A DNA stretch of 64,000 nt from Squalus acanthias (taxonomy: Eukaryota). The position numbers were made by a program, and so were the translations under genes. Under the pieces are notes generated by a model. That model was not told the DNA's origin. It did no database searches and saw nothing but the letters and a program-made list of their open reading frames with translations. Location of the stretch: contig CM059432.1 in the NCBI GenBank assembly GCA_030390025.1, forward strand, positions 52,144,001 through 52,208,000, read 5' to 3'. Positions 14,226 to 26,389 of the stretch are shown piece by piece. Numbering within the stretch: the stretch's first letter is position 1; each line of letters opens with the position of its first letter.

Positions 14226-14613
14226 CTTCTTCTTAGGCAGTCCCTCGGAACCGAGGATGACTTACTTCCACATTAAAAATGAGTTCTCAGGTGACTGATG
14301 AGTCCAATGCGGGACCTACAGTCTCTGTCAGAGGTGGGGCAGACGGTGGTTGAAGGGGCGGGTGGCTGGGGTGCTTGGGTTGATGTGCGCTCCTTGCGCT
14401 TGGCTTCCGCTTGCTCCCGGCGAAGAGACTCGAGGTATTCGACGCCTTCCCGGATGCTTCTCCTCCACTTTGTGCGGTCTTGGGCCAGGGATTCCCAGGT
14501 GTCAGTGGGGATGTTGCACTTTTTCAAGGAGGCTTTGAGGGTGTCCTTGAAGCGTTTCCTCTGCCCACCTGGGGCTCTCTTGCCGTGCTGGAGCTCCGAG
14601 TAGAGCGCTTGTT
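14226..14613 (-). mobile_element. RTE-clade LINE, 5'-truncated 3' end
   Basis: ORF reads KQALYSEL..GKRAPGGQRKRFKDTLK...WESLAQDR..WR...CPTSDRDCRSRIGLISHLRTH. (aga)n tail and 12-bp TSD ttacaagcttat (14214-14225, 14614-14625). Confidence 0.9.
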
Positions 14614-14968
14614 TTACAAGCTTATGTGTTCTGTTTGCACTACGGGTAAAAAGAATCATCTGAAACAATTTTAACTACAAAGTATTTTGGCAGACTGTTT
14701 TTATTAGGGGAGGGTGAAGAGCTGTTCATCATTTTTGTCACAATTACATCATACGTGAGTGACATGACGATGCATCCTGGCATAGTTTGGCAAGACTTTT
14801 TTTTTTCACTTGCGCTTTTTGATGAAGACAGTAGCTGCTTTTAAATTTATCACACTTACTTTAAAATTTGACAGTTAAGCACTAAAACTGGTTATGGGTT
14901 TTATAGTACATCCAATACCTGGGGCGTGGAAGAAATATTTGACGTTTTGTTTTTATCTGTCTAACCAG

Positions 14969-15333
14969 TGTCATCATGCATTACAACATACAAGAAGAAT
15001 CCTCCTCCAGTTCCACCACGGACCACAATTAAACCATTCATCTCGATCACTGCCCAGAGCAGCACAGAATCTGCTCAAGATGCATATTTGGATGGCCACA
15101 CCCAGAGGGGTAATCTAAACAGCCAGTCAGGACTAAGTAACTCTACAGAAAGTTTGGACAGTGTCAAAGCCTTAAATGCTGCTATTGAAGCTGCAAATGC
15201 ACAGATTCACGGACCTTCTAACAGTCAACAGCACATTGACAGCACACCAGCAAATGACAAAGGAATCCTGCCAGCAGAGGAATCGAAAGGGGATGTATTG
15301 AGAAAAAACAAATGTTCTTCTGTTGGAATACAG
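14969..15333 (+). CDS. DLGAP1: Disks large-associated protein (SAPAP/GKAP), DLGAP1-like, internal exon
   Basis: Acceptor ctaaccag|, then (V)SSCITTYKKNPPPVPPRTTIKPFISITAQSSTESAQDAYLDG...SNSTESLDSVKALNAAIEAANAQIHGP...SSVGIQ, matching DLGAP1 as remembered. Donor CAG|gtggag, phase 0. Confidence 0.92.
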
Positions 15334-16079
15334 GTGGAGTATCCCTTACTACTTACATTAATTGTAGACTGGAAATTATTGCAGCCGATGTTAATTTTAA
15401 ATGGATTAACACCTCCATTAAAACAGTAGAGAGAGGAATTTAATATATGTACATTAAAGCATTTGTACTATAACATCAGTGAGAGTAATTTCCAACCTAA
15501 TAATGTCGCCTTTCTTAAATTGCGAGCTGTGTTTACATTTGAAGTGACTTCAGCGCAAGACTCTTGGATCTGCAGGTGGGCATCAGACCATTACTTCCAT
15601 TGTAGAGGCACCCAGGAAGGAAAAGTATGTTTGGCATCATCACATCACACTGACATCTTCTGTTGCCTCAAGACATGTAATAAAAATCTCTCCAGTAAAC
15701 TTCAGCATACTGTAAATTGCACCAGCAGCAGTGTTGTAAAGTACTTTTAGATTTAAGTTGGACTCCTGGAAATGAGCACTCTTCCCTTCTTCCTGCAAAT
15801 CAAGAACATTGGACTCTGGAGCCCTGTGATTGATTGATACAAGGTATTAGAATCTGGCTGAACACATTTGGAGACATGTAGCAACCTAATGGTAGCTTGC
15901 AGGACCCACACAAATGTGAATCTCTGATACCAAAAGGACTATGGAGGTCCTATTGGCATCAGATAGTGGGGCTATCAGACAACAATTGTTGACAGCACAT
16001 CGTCACTGTAAAAGTGTCTATGCTGATGGTGAATTTATAGTCAGATGGTTAATGGGGCTAAAGTTGAATGAAGATATAA

Positions 16080-16590
16080 CCGTCCTCGGCCTATTACACT
16101 GTTCCACGGAAGCGCAGCGTAAGCTCGAGGAACAGCACCTCATCTTTCGTTTAGGCACGCTACAGCCCTCTGGACTCAATATCGAGTTCAACAATTTTAG
16201 ATCATAACCTCAGCTCCAATCACATTTATATTTTATTTTTTCATCCACCCTTTTATTTGGCGGCCCCCCCCCCGCCCCTACTTTTTTTTTCCTCCTAGAA
16301 GCTGGCAGCTGTCCTTCATTCTGCCAGTGGATTTCACACTTCTTTCAGCCTTAACCTGTCACATTAACACCACCTCTCGCCTTGCATATCTCTTAATGTC
16401 TCTTTATCTCCCCTTTTGTTCCTTTATCCCCTCCCCCTTTTCCCAGCTTTATCCTGGCCTTAAATCTATTTGATTTCCGGCTCTTTCCAGTTCTGACGAA
16501 AGGTCATCGACCTGAAACATTAACTCTCTTTCTCTCTCCACGGATGTTGTCTGGCCTGCTGAGTTTTTCCAGCGTTTTCTGTTGTTATAT
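16080..16590 (+). mobile_element. Penelope-like element 3' fragment (GIY-YIG endonuclease C-terminus plus 3' region with hammerhead motif)
   Basis: Reads VLGLLHCSTEAQRKLEEQHLIFRLGTLQPSGLNIEFNNFRS*. Flanked by an 11-bp direct repeat tgaagatataa (16069-16079, 16591-16601). Confidence 0.85.
16489..16525 (+). ncRNA. Minimal type I hammerhead ribozyme motif of a Penelope-like element
   Basis: agtt-CTGACGA-a-aggtc(atc)gacct-GAAA-ca-tt-aact: helix I agtt/aact, helix II aggtc/gacct, and conserved core boxes. Confidence 0.7.
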
Positions 16591-18637
16591 TGAAGATATA
16601 AAGGCCTGATTTCTCACCTATCATGCAGAAAAACTAGCCTGTATGCAGCAGAGATGTCAAATCTGTGTTTGCATATAAAGGCAAATTCACTGATGCCATG
16701 TTTCCCAACAAGGAACTGTGGTGCAGTGTTGTAGACCTATCTGTGATCCCCATTCACATCAATACAATTTGCCCTATGTTTAAATACAAATCATAGAAAT
16801 TACAGTACAGAAGGAAACCATTCAGCCAATCTTGCCTTTGCAAGTTTTTAAAAAAATATTTATTCTCAGGATGTGGGCATCCCTAGTTGCTATTGAGAAG
16901 TTGGTGAGCCGCCTTCTTGAACCGCTGCAGTCCGTGTGGTGAAGGTGTTCCCACAGTGCTGTTCGGTAGAGAGTTCCAGGATTTTGGCCCAGTGCTAGCT
17001 GTTCAACTGGAGCTGTTTACTCTAATACTATTGACTTGCTCTTTCTCCATACCCTTTAATATTTTTCACATTTTTATGCAATTCCATTTTAAATGATGTT
17101 ATGGGGCCAGTAAACATGACCTTCAGCACTAATAATGGCTGAGCATCAGGCACCATCTTCTTGTCTTATAGATTCCTGAAGCTTAAGACCTGCTTAGTAC
17201 CCCGTGCACATGACGTGTAATAATCCAACGTGGAAATGCCAGTGGCACTAACAGCCTTCACACCAATCATGTACTAGGCTCATTAAAGGAAAAATGTGTA
17301 ATTTAGGCCAAGGCCCCATTATGCGGCTGTGTCATCTCAACAGTGCTTCAGACGCCAAAGACCATATGAAAATGGATGCTGCAAAGGTGGCCCATGTTGG
17401 ATCTTTGCTCTTAAAGTGGCCTGATTTTTTCGGGCTGACTGCAGCGACCGGATGTAAATGTATCCACCTATTTTAGTGCTTCTTTGCTGCTCAGCTAGTT
17501 TAAGGATTTTTTTTTCTTTTTGTTTCAATATGGTATATCTGAACTATGTCAAACTGTTTTGTATAACATCATGATGTTGGTGTCTATGGGGAACCTGGAC
17601 TTGTTGTGATATGTAACTTATAGTCTCCTGCACTTGAATCACAGTTCCTGCAACTACACATAGTAACTGTGTAAGAACTCAGGCCACTTTTTGTGCCAGC
17701 TCAGTTTGTTTGTTTGAGATGTAAATTTGCTTACATACATAACGTGAACACAGCCACGAATTTTCATGATGAATGACCAAAGCGCTGTTTAGATGTGCTA
17801 AGTGGAGTCTCTTTAATCCATTCAAAGTTCTGTCACATGTATTCAGTTAAATACGACCTGAACAATCTGAAATATCACGTCATCACAGTAAGCTTTTCTG
17901 CTGCCTGGATACTTTAGACTGACTTCAGGTCTCCATGTACACAATTCTGGATTCACTCCAAGGCAACCTGCTTTTGTATGTGAGTGAAGTCATAATCATC
18001 ACTTGCACCAGGGATATTTACTTTGTAGTTGAAATTACTTACACAAAGTCACGTTTTACTGATTTGGTAAATATTGACCTAAAGCTAACTTGTTTGTTTA
18101 AGGTTTCTGATCCATTGTATATATGTTGCACCTATATAGTTTGATTGTTACACTATTTGCTAAAATGTAGTTCTACCAGAAATCTCAGGGTTAAATAAAA
18201 CCTGTAATTTAGCCCTTTCCTTCATGAATTGCTGAAGCATGATTTTCTGTGGCATATTTGAAACTCTATTGCAGTACTTAACAGGCTTTCAGTTTTTGTA
18301 AAAACCATGGTGGTTCAATCACTTCAGAAGGTTTCTTTTACAAATTCATGAAGGATGATGATGCTGTTAACTCCGTATTTATGTGTACTAATTTATAATG
18401 AATGCAATTGAATGAATTGTGGTAGATGATGCCTTTGATTAGGTATTCCTTTGCTTATTACTTTACAAATGAGTTTGTGGCGTGGCAACACTTTCTTTCC
18501 TGTTCCCAGTCAAGCACAGAGCAGATACCTGTTTCTGAAATAGTGAAAATTAGTTACTAAGATATTAACAAAGCATGGGCGTAAGTGAATTAGAATGACA
18601 GACTAAATTATTCTTTATCTTTTTCTGTTTCTCTTAG

Positions 18638-18723
18638 GTTGATGGGCCTGAACAGCCAGTTTTAGCAGATTTGAATACAAACAAATTCCAGTCAGTAGGA
18701 GTTCAAGTGGAGACGGAGAAGTG
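18638..18723 (+). CDS. DLGAP1: DLGAP1-like internal exon (86 bp)
   Basis: Polypyrimidine tract plus tag|, then VDGPEQPVLADLNTNKFQSVGVQVETEK+TG|gtgagt. KFQSVGVQVE is a conserved DLGAP motif. Phase 0/2 fits both neighbouring exons. Confidence 0.92.
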
Positions 18724-20208
18724 GTGAGTTGAATCATTTCTGTCTTGTTCCACACAACTTAAATCACATACAGGAAATCAAACTTCTTGATTACAGTACA
18801 AACTTCTGAGCACCACATGTTCCTTGATAGCTCTGCGGGTAAACTATTGGACAGTACCCGATCACAAGATAAGTATGGACGAGGAAGATCATTTGACCCA
18901 TCACACATCATCCATCCAGGAAAACCCATCACATCATCCAGTTGTTTATTAAATTATCCCAGAATGTTTGCCTCCATCACTCTACCTCATCCATATTTAT
19001 CTTGTGAAATGTGTCAGCCATTCTGCGCAAGCATCATCCTACACAGGAAAGTGGTGACTGAAAACAATATAGATGTTTTGAAACTGCAAAAAACCATCAG
19101 TACTCAAAATGTGCCATTGTATTGATTAATTCTCTAAGGTTTTGTACTAAATTAACTATAATGTACTGCAACATATTTGGTGTATAGTTGTCCCTTTAAT
19201 AAAAAAGTTGAACATGAATTTTAACTGCATGATTACTGTTTCCTTCCTGTTTGGCTACTCAGCTTATTAAATCTTATCTTATTGTTAATGCAGTTAATAT
19301 CTCAATTTTCACAACACTATCTGATTTGAAAGAAGCAGTTAAAAAAAAGCATGTTCTGAATCTAGAGCTTCCAACTCCATGCTGGAAGAGTTAAATCTAA
19401 CTGTTCACAACATGCTCAATTACAGGGTGAAAGATTATGGATATTGTGACCTTCTACTGCTAAGCCACAAAGTTGCTTATTAACAAAATTTGTTTACAAT
19501 GAAACATTTCCAGTTAGCCAAAGGTATTTTTAAGTTCTCACATAATTACACCATCCTTAAAGCTGCTTAAAAAATACTTTATTTGCCTAGAAGAAAATAC
19601 AAATTGGACATTTTGCACAATATTAGTAGTGCAGTTTCTACATACTGAAAATAAAATCTTATTCCACTTTACATGGAACACTTTATGAACATTTCATGTC
19701 ACAGGATGTCTGAACAGTTACTGGCTGATAAATTCGGTAGTCCCCGAAAACGGGCGCGGGGATCGCGATGCGATAGGAACCTGTACCCGTTCAGAGGACT
19801 GCAGGCAGCACATAAAATTTGTGCTGCCTGCTACTTTGCATGATTGTAGCTTTCAGCCCAGCGCTGAACGCGCTGCTGAGTAGCTGAACGCTCAGCAGGG
19901 GCACCAAGTTCGTGCAAGGCTAGCTCCAATTAAAGCTGGGCTGCACAACTTAAAGGCAATCTGCACCTCTTAAACGGGAGGTGTCTTCTCCTGCAACAGG
20001 TGCTGGAACCAGTTTTGGAGGCAAGTGTTAGAAAGAAGAAGACTGAATAATGGCTCAACAGGCCAAAGAAAGGGCTCCAAGGTTCTTGGATGCAGCACTG
20101 GAGAACTTGGTCCAGGAGGTCAACTCCAGGAAAGAGATGCTCTTTCCACAGGGGGCCACGAGGCCCTCCAGGCAACAGACAGTGGGAGCAGATAGCTAAT
20201 GTGGTCAA

Positions 20209-22528
20209 ACATAGAAACATAGAAGATAGGAGCAGGAGTAGGCCATTCGGCCCCTCGAGCCTGCTCCACCATTTAATGAGATCATGGCTGATCATCCAAA
20301 TTCAGTACCCTGTCCCTGCTTTCTCTCCATATCCCTTGATCCCTTTAGCCTTAAGAAATATATCTAACTCCTTCTTGAATATATTTAATGAATTGGCCTC
20401 AACTGCCTTCTGTGGTAGAGAATTCCACAGGTTCACCACCCTCTGGGTGAAGAAATTCCTCCTCATCTCAGTCCTAAATGGCTTACCCCTTATCCTTAGA
20501 CTGTGACCCCTGGTTCTGGACTCCCCCGCCATCGGGAACATCCTTCCTGCATCTAGTCTGTCTAGTCCTGTTAGAATTTTATAAGTTTCAATGAGATCCC
20601 CTCTCATTCTTCTAAACTCTAGCGAATACAAGCCCAATCGTCCCAATCTCTCTTCATACGTCATTCCTGCCATCCCAGGTATCAGTCTGGTGAATCTTCG
20701 CCATGGCAAGAACATCCTTCCTCAGATAAGGCGACCAAAACTGCACACAATACTCAAGGTGTGGTCTCACTAAGGCCCTGTACAACTGCAGCAAGACATC
20801 CTTGCTCCTGTACTCAAATCCTCTCGCTATGAAGGCCAACATACCATTTGCCTTCTTAACCGCCTGCTGCACCTGCATGCTTACCTTCAACGACTGGTGC
20901 ACAAGGACACCCAGGTCTCGTTGCACTTCCCCTTTTCCCAATCTATTGCCGTTCAGATAATAATCTGCCTTCCTGTTTTTGCCACCAAAGTGGATAACCT
21001 CGCATTTATCCACATTATACTGCATCTGCCATGCATCTGCCCAATCACCCAACTTGTCCAAATCATCCTGGAGTTTCTCTGCATCCTCCTCACAACACAC
21101 ATGCCCACCCAGCTTTGTGTCGTCTGCAAACTTGGAGATATTACATCTAGTTCCCTCGTCTAGATCATTAATATATATTGTGAATAACTGGGGTCCTAGC
21201 ACCGATCCCTGCGGTACCCCACTAGTCACTGCCTGCCACTCGGAAAAAGACCCGTTTATTCCAACTCTTTGCTTCCTGTCTGCCAACCAGTTCTCTATCC
21301 AAGTCAGTACCTTACCCCCAATCCCATGTGCTTTAACTTTGCACGCTAATCTCTTATGCGGGACCTTATCGAAAGCCTTCTGAAAGTCCAAATACACCAC
21401 ATCCACTGGTTCTCCCTTATCTATTCTACCAGTTACATCCTCAAAAAATTCCAGTAGATTAGTCAAGCATGATTTACCTTTTGTAAATCCATGTTGACTT
21501 GTTTGATTCTGTCACTGTTTTCCAAGTGCTCTGCTATTACATCTTTTATAATGGACTCTAGCATTTTCCCCACTACCGATGTCAGGCTTACCGGTCTATA
21601 ATTCCTGTTTTCTCTCACCCACCTTTTTTAAATAGTGGGGTTACATTAGCTACCCTCCAATCCATGGGAATTGTTCCAGAGTCTATAGAATTTTGGAAGA
21701 TGACCAGCAATGCATCTACTATTTCTAGGGCCACTTCCTTAAGTACCCTAGGATGTAGATTATCAGGCCCTGGGGATTTATCGGCCTTCAATCCCGTCAA
21801 TTTCCCTAACACCATTTCCCTACAAATACTGATTTCATTCAGTTCTTCCCTCTCATTAGACGCTATGTTCCCCGACATCTCTGGGAGGTTATTTGTGTCC
21901 TCCTTTGTGAAGACAGAACCAAAGTATGTATTTAATTGGTCTGCCATTTCTTTGTTCCCCATTATAAATTCCCCTGATTCTGACTGCAAGGCACCTACGC
22001 TTGACTTCACCAATCTTTTTCTCTTCACATATCTATAGAAGCTTTTACAGTCAGTTTTTATGTTCCCTGCAAGCTTACTCTCATACTCTATTTCCCCCCT
22101 CTTAATTAATCCCTTTGTCCTCCTTTGCTGAATCCTAAACTGCTCCCAATCCTCAGGTTTGCTGCTTTTTCTGGCCAATTTATATGTCCTCTCCTTGGAT
22201 CTTATGCTATCCCTAATTTCCCTTCTTGGCCACGGTTGAGTCACCTTTTTTTAATTTTTATGCCAAACAGGGATGAACAAATTCTGTAGTTCATCCATGC
22301 GATCTTTAAATGTTTGCCATTGCCTATCCACCGTCAACCCTTTAAGTAACATTCCCCAATCCATCCTAGCCAATTCACGCCTCATACCATCGTAGTTTCC
22401 TTTATTTATATTCAGGACCCTAGTCTCTGAGTCAACTACTTCACTCTCCATCTCAATGAAGAATTCTATCATATTATGATCGCTCCTCCCCAAGGGGCCT
22501 CGCATAACAAGATTGCTAATTAATCCTT
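20209..22528 (-). mobile_element. CR1 LINE (5'-truncated) inserted in exon 1 of the Harbinger Myb-like gene
   Basis: ORFs 22251-22628, 21615-22244, 20654-21466 and 20302-20715 carry CR1 ORF2 motifs, with a tail of (ttctatgt)-type repeats. The Myb exon rejoins across the insertion: gtggtcaa|tgccagcagt. Confidence 0.9.
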
Positions 22529-24379
22529 TGCCAGCAGTATAGCCTCGAGGACCTGGACTCAATGCAGGAAGAACTTTAATGACCTTACACGCATGGTCAA
22601 GGTCAGTGAATTCATCTTCAAATGCCATATCCCACCATCTGCACCACTAGCCTCATACACTGCTCAATGCACCACACCCCCATCACTCACCTACCAACAA
22701 TCTCTACCAAACACGACTCACACCTCACATTCATAGCTTCACTTCACCCACACACACTTACCACTGCTGCAAAACTCACACCCACATTTCAGATCTTGAA
22801 CACACTGTCAGCTATTCAACCATGACGGGCACATCACACCACAATCACTGGCACACTTCCCTTTCTCTTGCAGGAAAAGATGGCGCATAACAGACGACAG
22901 CAGACCTTAACAGGCAGGGGCAGGCTCGCCTGCATCACCTTTCTCCCCGCCACCCCCCCACCCTTGGAGGAGACGGTGTTGGCCATTCTTGGCAGGGGCA
23001 TGGCTGAGCCCGTGGCCAGCGGTGGGTCTGAAGGAATACAAGATGCCGGTATCCTCATATGTTATTCTCCTTCTCATATCCTACTTCCCTCTTATCCCAC
23101 AATCTCTTCTGATTTACAATCTGCACATGGTGTAAGCATGCAGCTCTTGCTTTCTCCCCCTCCCCTCACCACAACCCTACCCTTGTGCCTTTCTCATTTC
23201 AGACCCCCAAGCAATGCAGCCTGCCCAGCCAGTGGTTGAAGAACAAGAAGGAGAGGAAAGAGAAGAAGAAGAAGAAGAAACACCGTCACTCGATTTCACA
23301 CTGCCAGCCACCAGCTCAAATACTGACACTCCGCATACTTTAGAGGATAGGTTAGACGTGGGATCTGCATGTGGTGAGACACCGGGCACGAGTTCCCTGC
23401 AGCCAGCACAGGTGGAAAGGGTAGCCCATGACTTCTGCTACACAGGACTCAGATGAAAACCTCGATGGGGCAGGCTACAGAAGAACGCTAATGGGTATGC
23501 ACAGTGAAATGCTTGGTGCATTGGCAGGCCTGCCAGAAGGCCTGATAGCAATGTTAAGGAGCATGGAGGAGTCCAGCTCCAGCCTTGCACAGGGCTTTGG
23601 GCACAGCTTGGAGCCCATCCTTTCCATCGTGGAAGGGCTGGACAGATCCATTAAAGCACTTGTGGACCCAACCATCATGCTGCGTCTGATGGCCGAAGTT
23701 TTAGCTTCCATTGCAACACAAGCACAAGCTGCAATGGAAGCTCAGACTGAAGTCATGCAAGCACAGACTGCTGCTATGGCTGGGTGTAAGGGGCTTGCAG
23801 ATTTCACAGCAGTCTGTACTCCAGCGGATTACTAGGATTGCTGAGGCGCTTCCCCAGGGAGTGGCAATGGATCCATGGAAGACGACCCGACTGTCCTCTC
23901 TCAGGATGACAGCATTCGTCCTCCCACCACTGCCACTCCGCCCTTGCAGTTGCCTGTCAGCTAGCCAGCCCAGACTGCTGCCGCCAATGCTGAGGTGGCG
24001 AAGTCCAAAGCCGGGCCTACTAGGCCTAGAACTCCTTGAGGCCATCCTGCAAGGCCATCTGCAGTCTCTCCCACTGAAAGTCAGCAGCCTTCCACCAGTA
24101 ATGCTGCAGCCACTGGAGTAGCACTGTGTAAGAGCACTAGGATAGGCAAACGCACACACAAGACTCACTAAGGGAATGCACAAGGGTGATCAGTTAAATT
24201 TTTGATGTAATATTGGATGGATATATGGATAAAGTTTAATTGGAAAGTTTGCTTTGTGGTAGCTTTTATTTCAGCATTGTGGCCAAGATGACACTGTGAT
24301 GGTCAGTAACAGAGGGAAGGTAAGGTGTGGGACTAATGTTGAATGGGGAATTGGGGTTGCGTTCATTCGTACTATAGGC

Positions 24380-25520
24380 AGATGATTCGATCCCGGCCAT
24401 AAAGGGGCATTCTAGGTTGCCTCCTTCCTTCTGCTTCCGCCTCATCCTCCTCCTCATCCTCTTTCTCCTCCTCCTCTTGCTCCTGAGCTGGTGGCCGTAT
24501 CCCTGGTGGCAAGGGCTGTGCTCTCATGCTGGCCAGGTGTGGCGGATACAGCAGACATTGAGGAATCGGGACACTCGCTGCGGTGAGTACTGTCGGACTC
24601 CTCCCCAGTGGTCCAGGCAGCGGAAAGCGTTGTTTTAAGGACGCCGATGGTCTGCTCTATGATGTTTCATGTGGCAGCATGGCTCTTGTTGTACGCATGC
24701 TGGCCACATGTGGTTGGGTTGTGGAGCGGAGTCATGAGCCAGGTGGTCAAGGGGTAGCTCTTGTCGTCCAGTACCCTCTGGTTTGTCTTGGTGGCTCAAA
24801 GACTGAGGGAGCAGTGGACTGGCACAAAATAAAACCATCATGACTGCTGCCAGGATACTGGACATTCACCATCATGATGTGCTGAGCATGGTCGCACACC
24901 AACTGCATATTCAGCGAGTGGTAACCTTTGTGGTTGCAGTATAACTCAGCATTTATATACGGTGCCCGCAAAGCCTCGTATGTGTAGTCAATGGCACCCT
25001 GCACCATGCGGAAGTCCACTATCCTGGCAAAGCCACATGCACGCTCCATCTGCTTCTCTCTGGTCAGAGAGAAGACAATGAAGTCCCCTCTCCTGGCATA
25101 AAGTGCATCTGTCACCTCTCTTATGCAGCAGTGGACAGCGAACTGCAAGATGTTACAGTTGTCACCTGCTCCAGCCTGGAAGGATCCCAACACGAAGAAA
25201 ATCAAGACCATGCTCACCTCACAGCCACTGGCAGCGCTGTCCTTGCCCTGGAGTGAGGCTGCAAGTCTGGTTGCAAGAGGTGGCAGATTTCTGTGAGCAC
25301 CTCCTTCGTAAATCACAGACGCCTCAGACACTGCTCCGGGGTTAGGTTGAGCTAAGAAAATTGCTCTCGGAAGACCCTAGGTGGGTAAGGCTCCTGCTGA
25401 GAGCCCTTCTCCCCCTCTTCCTCCTCCTTCTGCGAGCAGCTTGTCCTCTTCTTTGCTGCCATTTCTCCAAGTCCCTGTCATGCTGCAGGCCAAGGGGGAT
25501 AATAACTAGAGCACCCATGA
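24380..25520 (-). pseudogene. Harbinger DDE transposase (HARBI1 family), frameshifted
   Basis: Contains GAIDYT, YCNHKGYHSLNMQLVCDH and YPGSSHDGFIL, with multiple frameshifts. Confidence 0.85.
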
Positions 25521-26166
25521 CTGGGAGCAAGTGGTCTGACCAGAATCCTTGAATTCAGAAGCAAGGCCCTCTCCACTTGCAGCACCACTTTCTGTCACCT
25601 CACCAACTTTAAATAACTCTGGAAAGCTCCAAACAGTTCTACAAATTTACACAGTAGAAATCAAAAAGCAAGTTACCTGAAAGTTGTTGTTGATCCCTTT
25701 AAATATTGGTGGTGGGGGGGGTCCTTCCTGCTGCTGCACACATGTTCAGCTGTGCGAGGTTAGGAGAGGGCGTAAGCTCCAGCGATGACGACGAAAATAG
25801 CAGCGCTGGCATCAAATCAGCGTTGCACACTGATTGATGTCACAATCTTCCTACTTAACATACTTCTAGCACACGCTCCTAACAGCCGCCCTACTGCCTT
25901 CACCTAGATGGCGTCCGGTGCGGCCCGCACCAGAAGTGTGCGCGCACTGCTTGGAAGCCATTTTGGACCCAGTTCGGCACCCATTGCGCCCAAACAACGG
26001 GCGCTACAGAACCGAATTTCTAGGCCACTGACTATTGTTTTCACCAGTTGCATTGTTTAAAGGAATTCAAGATCATAATAGTTCTGACTGTTTTTGCTGC
26101 TCCTAAATCAGTAATGATAGCAGAATATCTGCTTGTAAAAGAAGTGAAGTGGGTACTAAGTTATGA

Positions 26167-26389
26167 TGCGGAGATGCCGGTGTTGGACTGGGGTGGACAA
26201 AATTGAGAGGTCGCACAACACCAGGTTATAGTCCAACAGTTTTATTTGAAATCACAAGCTTTCGGAGCTATCGATTTGCTCCTTCCTCAGGTGAAGTCTT
26301 CACCTGAGGAAGGAGCAAATCGATAGCTCCGAAAGCTTGTGATTTCAAATAAAACTGTTGGACTATAACCTGGTGTTGTGCGACCTCTC
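26167..26389. mobile_element. Penelope-derived foldback insertion with 92-bp perfect inverted arms
   Basis: Arms 26205-26296 and 26298-26389 are exact reverse complements with a 1-nt spacer. 13-bp TSD tactaagttatga (26154-26166, 26390-26402). Inserted into an old CR1 fragment. Confidence 0.85.
26300..26342 (+). ncRNA. Minimal hammerhead ribozyme motif (mirror copy on - strand at 26252-26294)
   Basis: tcac-CTGAGGA-a-ggagc(aaatcgata)gctcc-GAAA-gc-tt-gtga: helix I tcac/gtga, helix II ggagc/gctcc, and a palindromic aagctt in place of helix III. Confidence 0.75.

Larger units (their letters stand above)
19723..26026. mobile_element. Full-length, decayed PIF/Harbinger transposon with convergent Myb/SANT-like gene (+) and transposase (-), plus a CR1 insertion
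   Basis: Imperfect TIRs ggctgataaattcggt / accgaatttctaggcc and TSD ACT (19720-22, 26027-29). The Myb-like ORF starts at ATG 20050 (MAQQAKERAPRFLDAALENLVQEV) and has later exons at ~22874 and ~23203. Transposase motifs lie on the - strand. Confidence 0.85.

Noticed and set aside
18510..18580. Possible cassette/poison exon (cccag|...|gtaagt) before the 18638 exon
   Set aside because: It would leave only a 57-nt intron and contains an in-frame stop. There is no other support.
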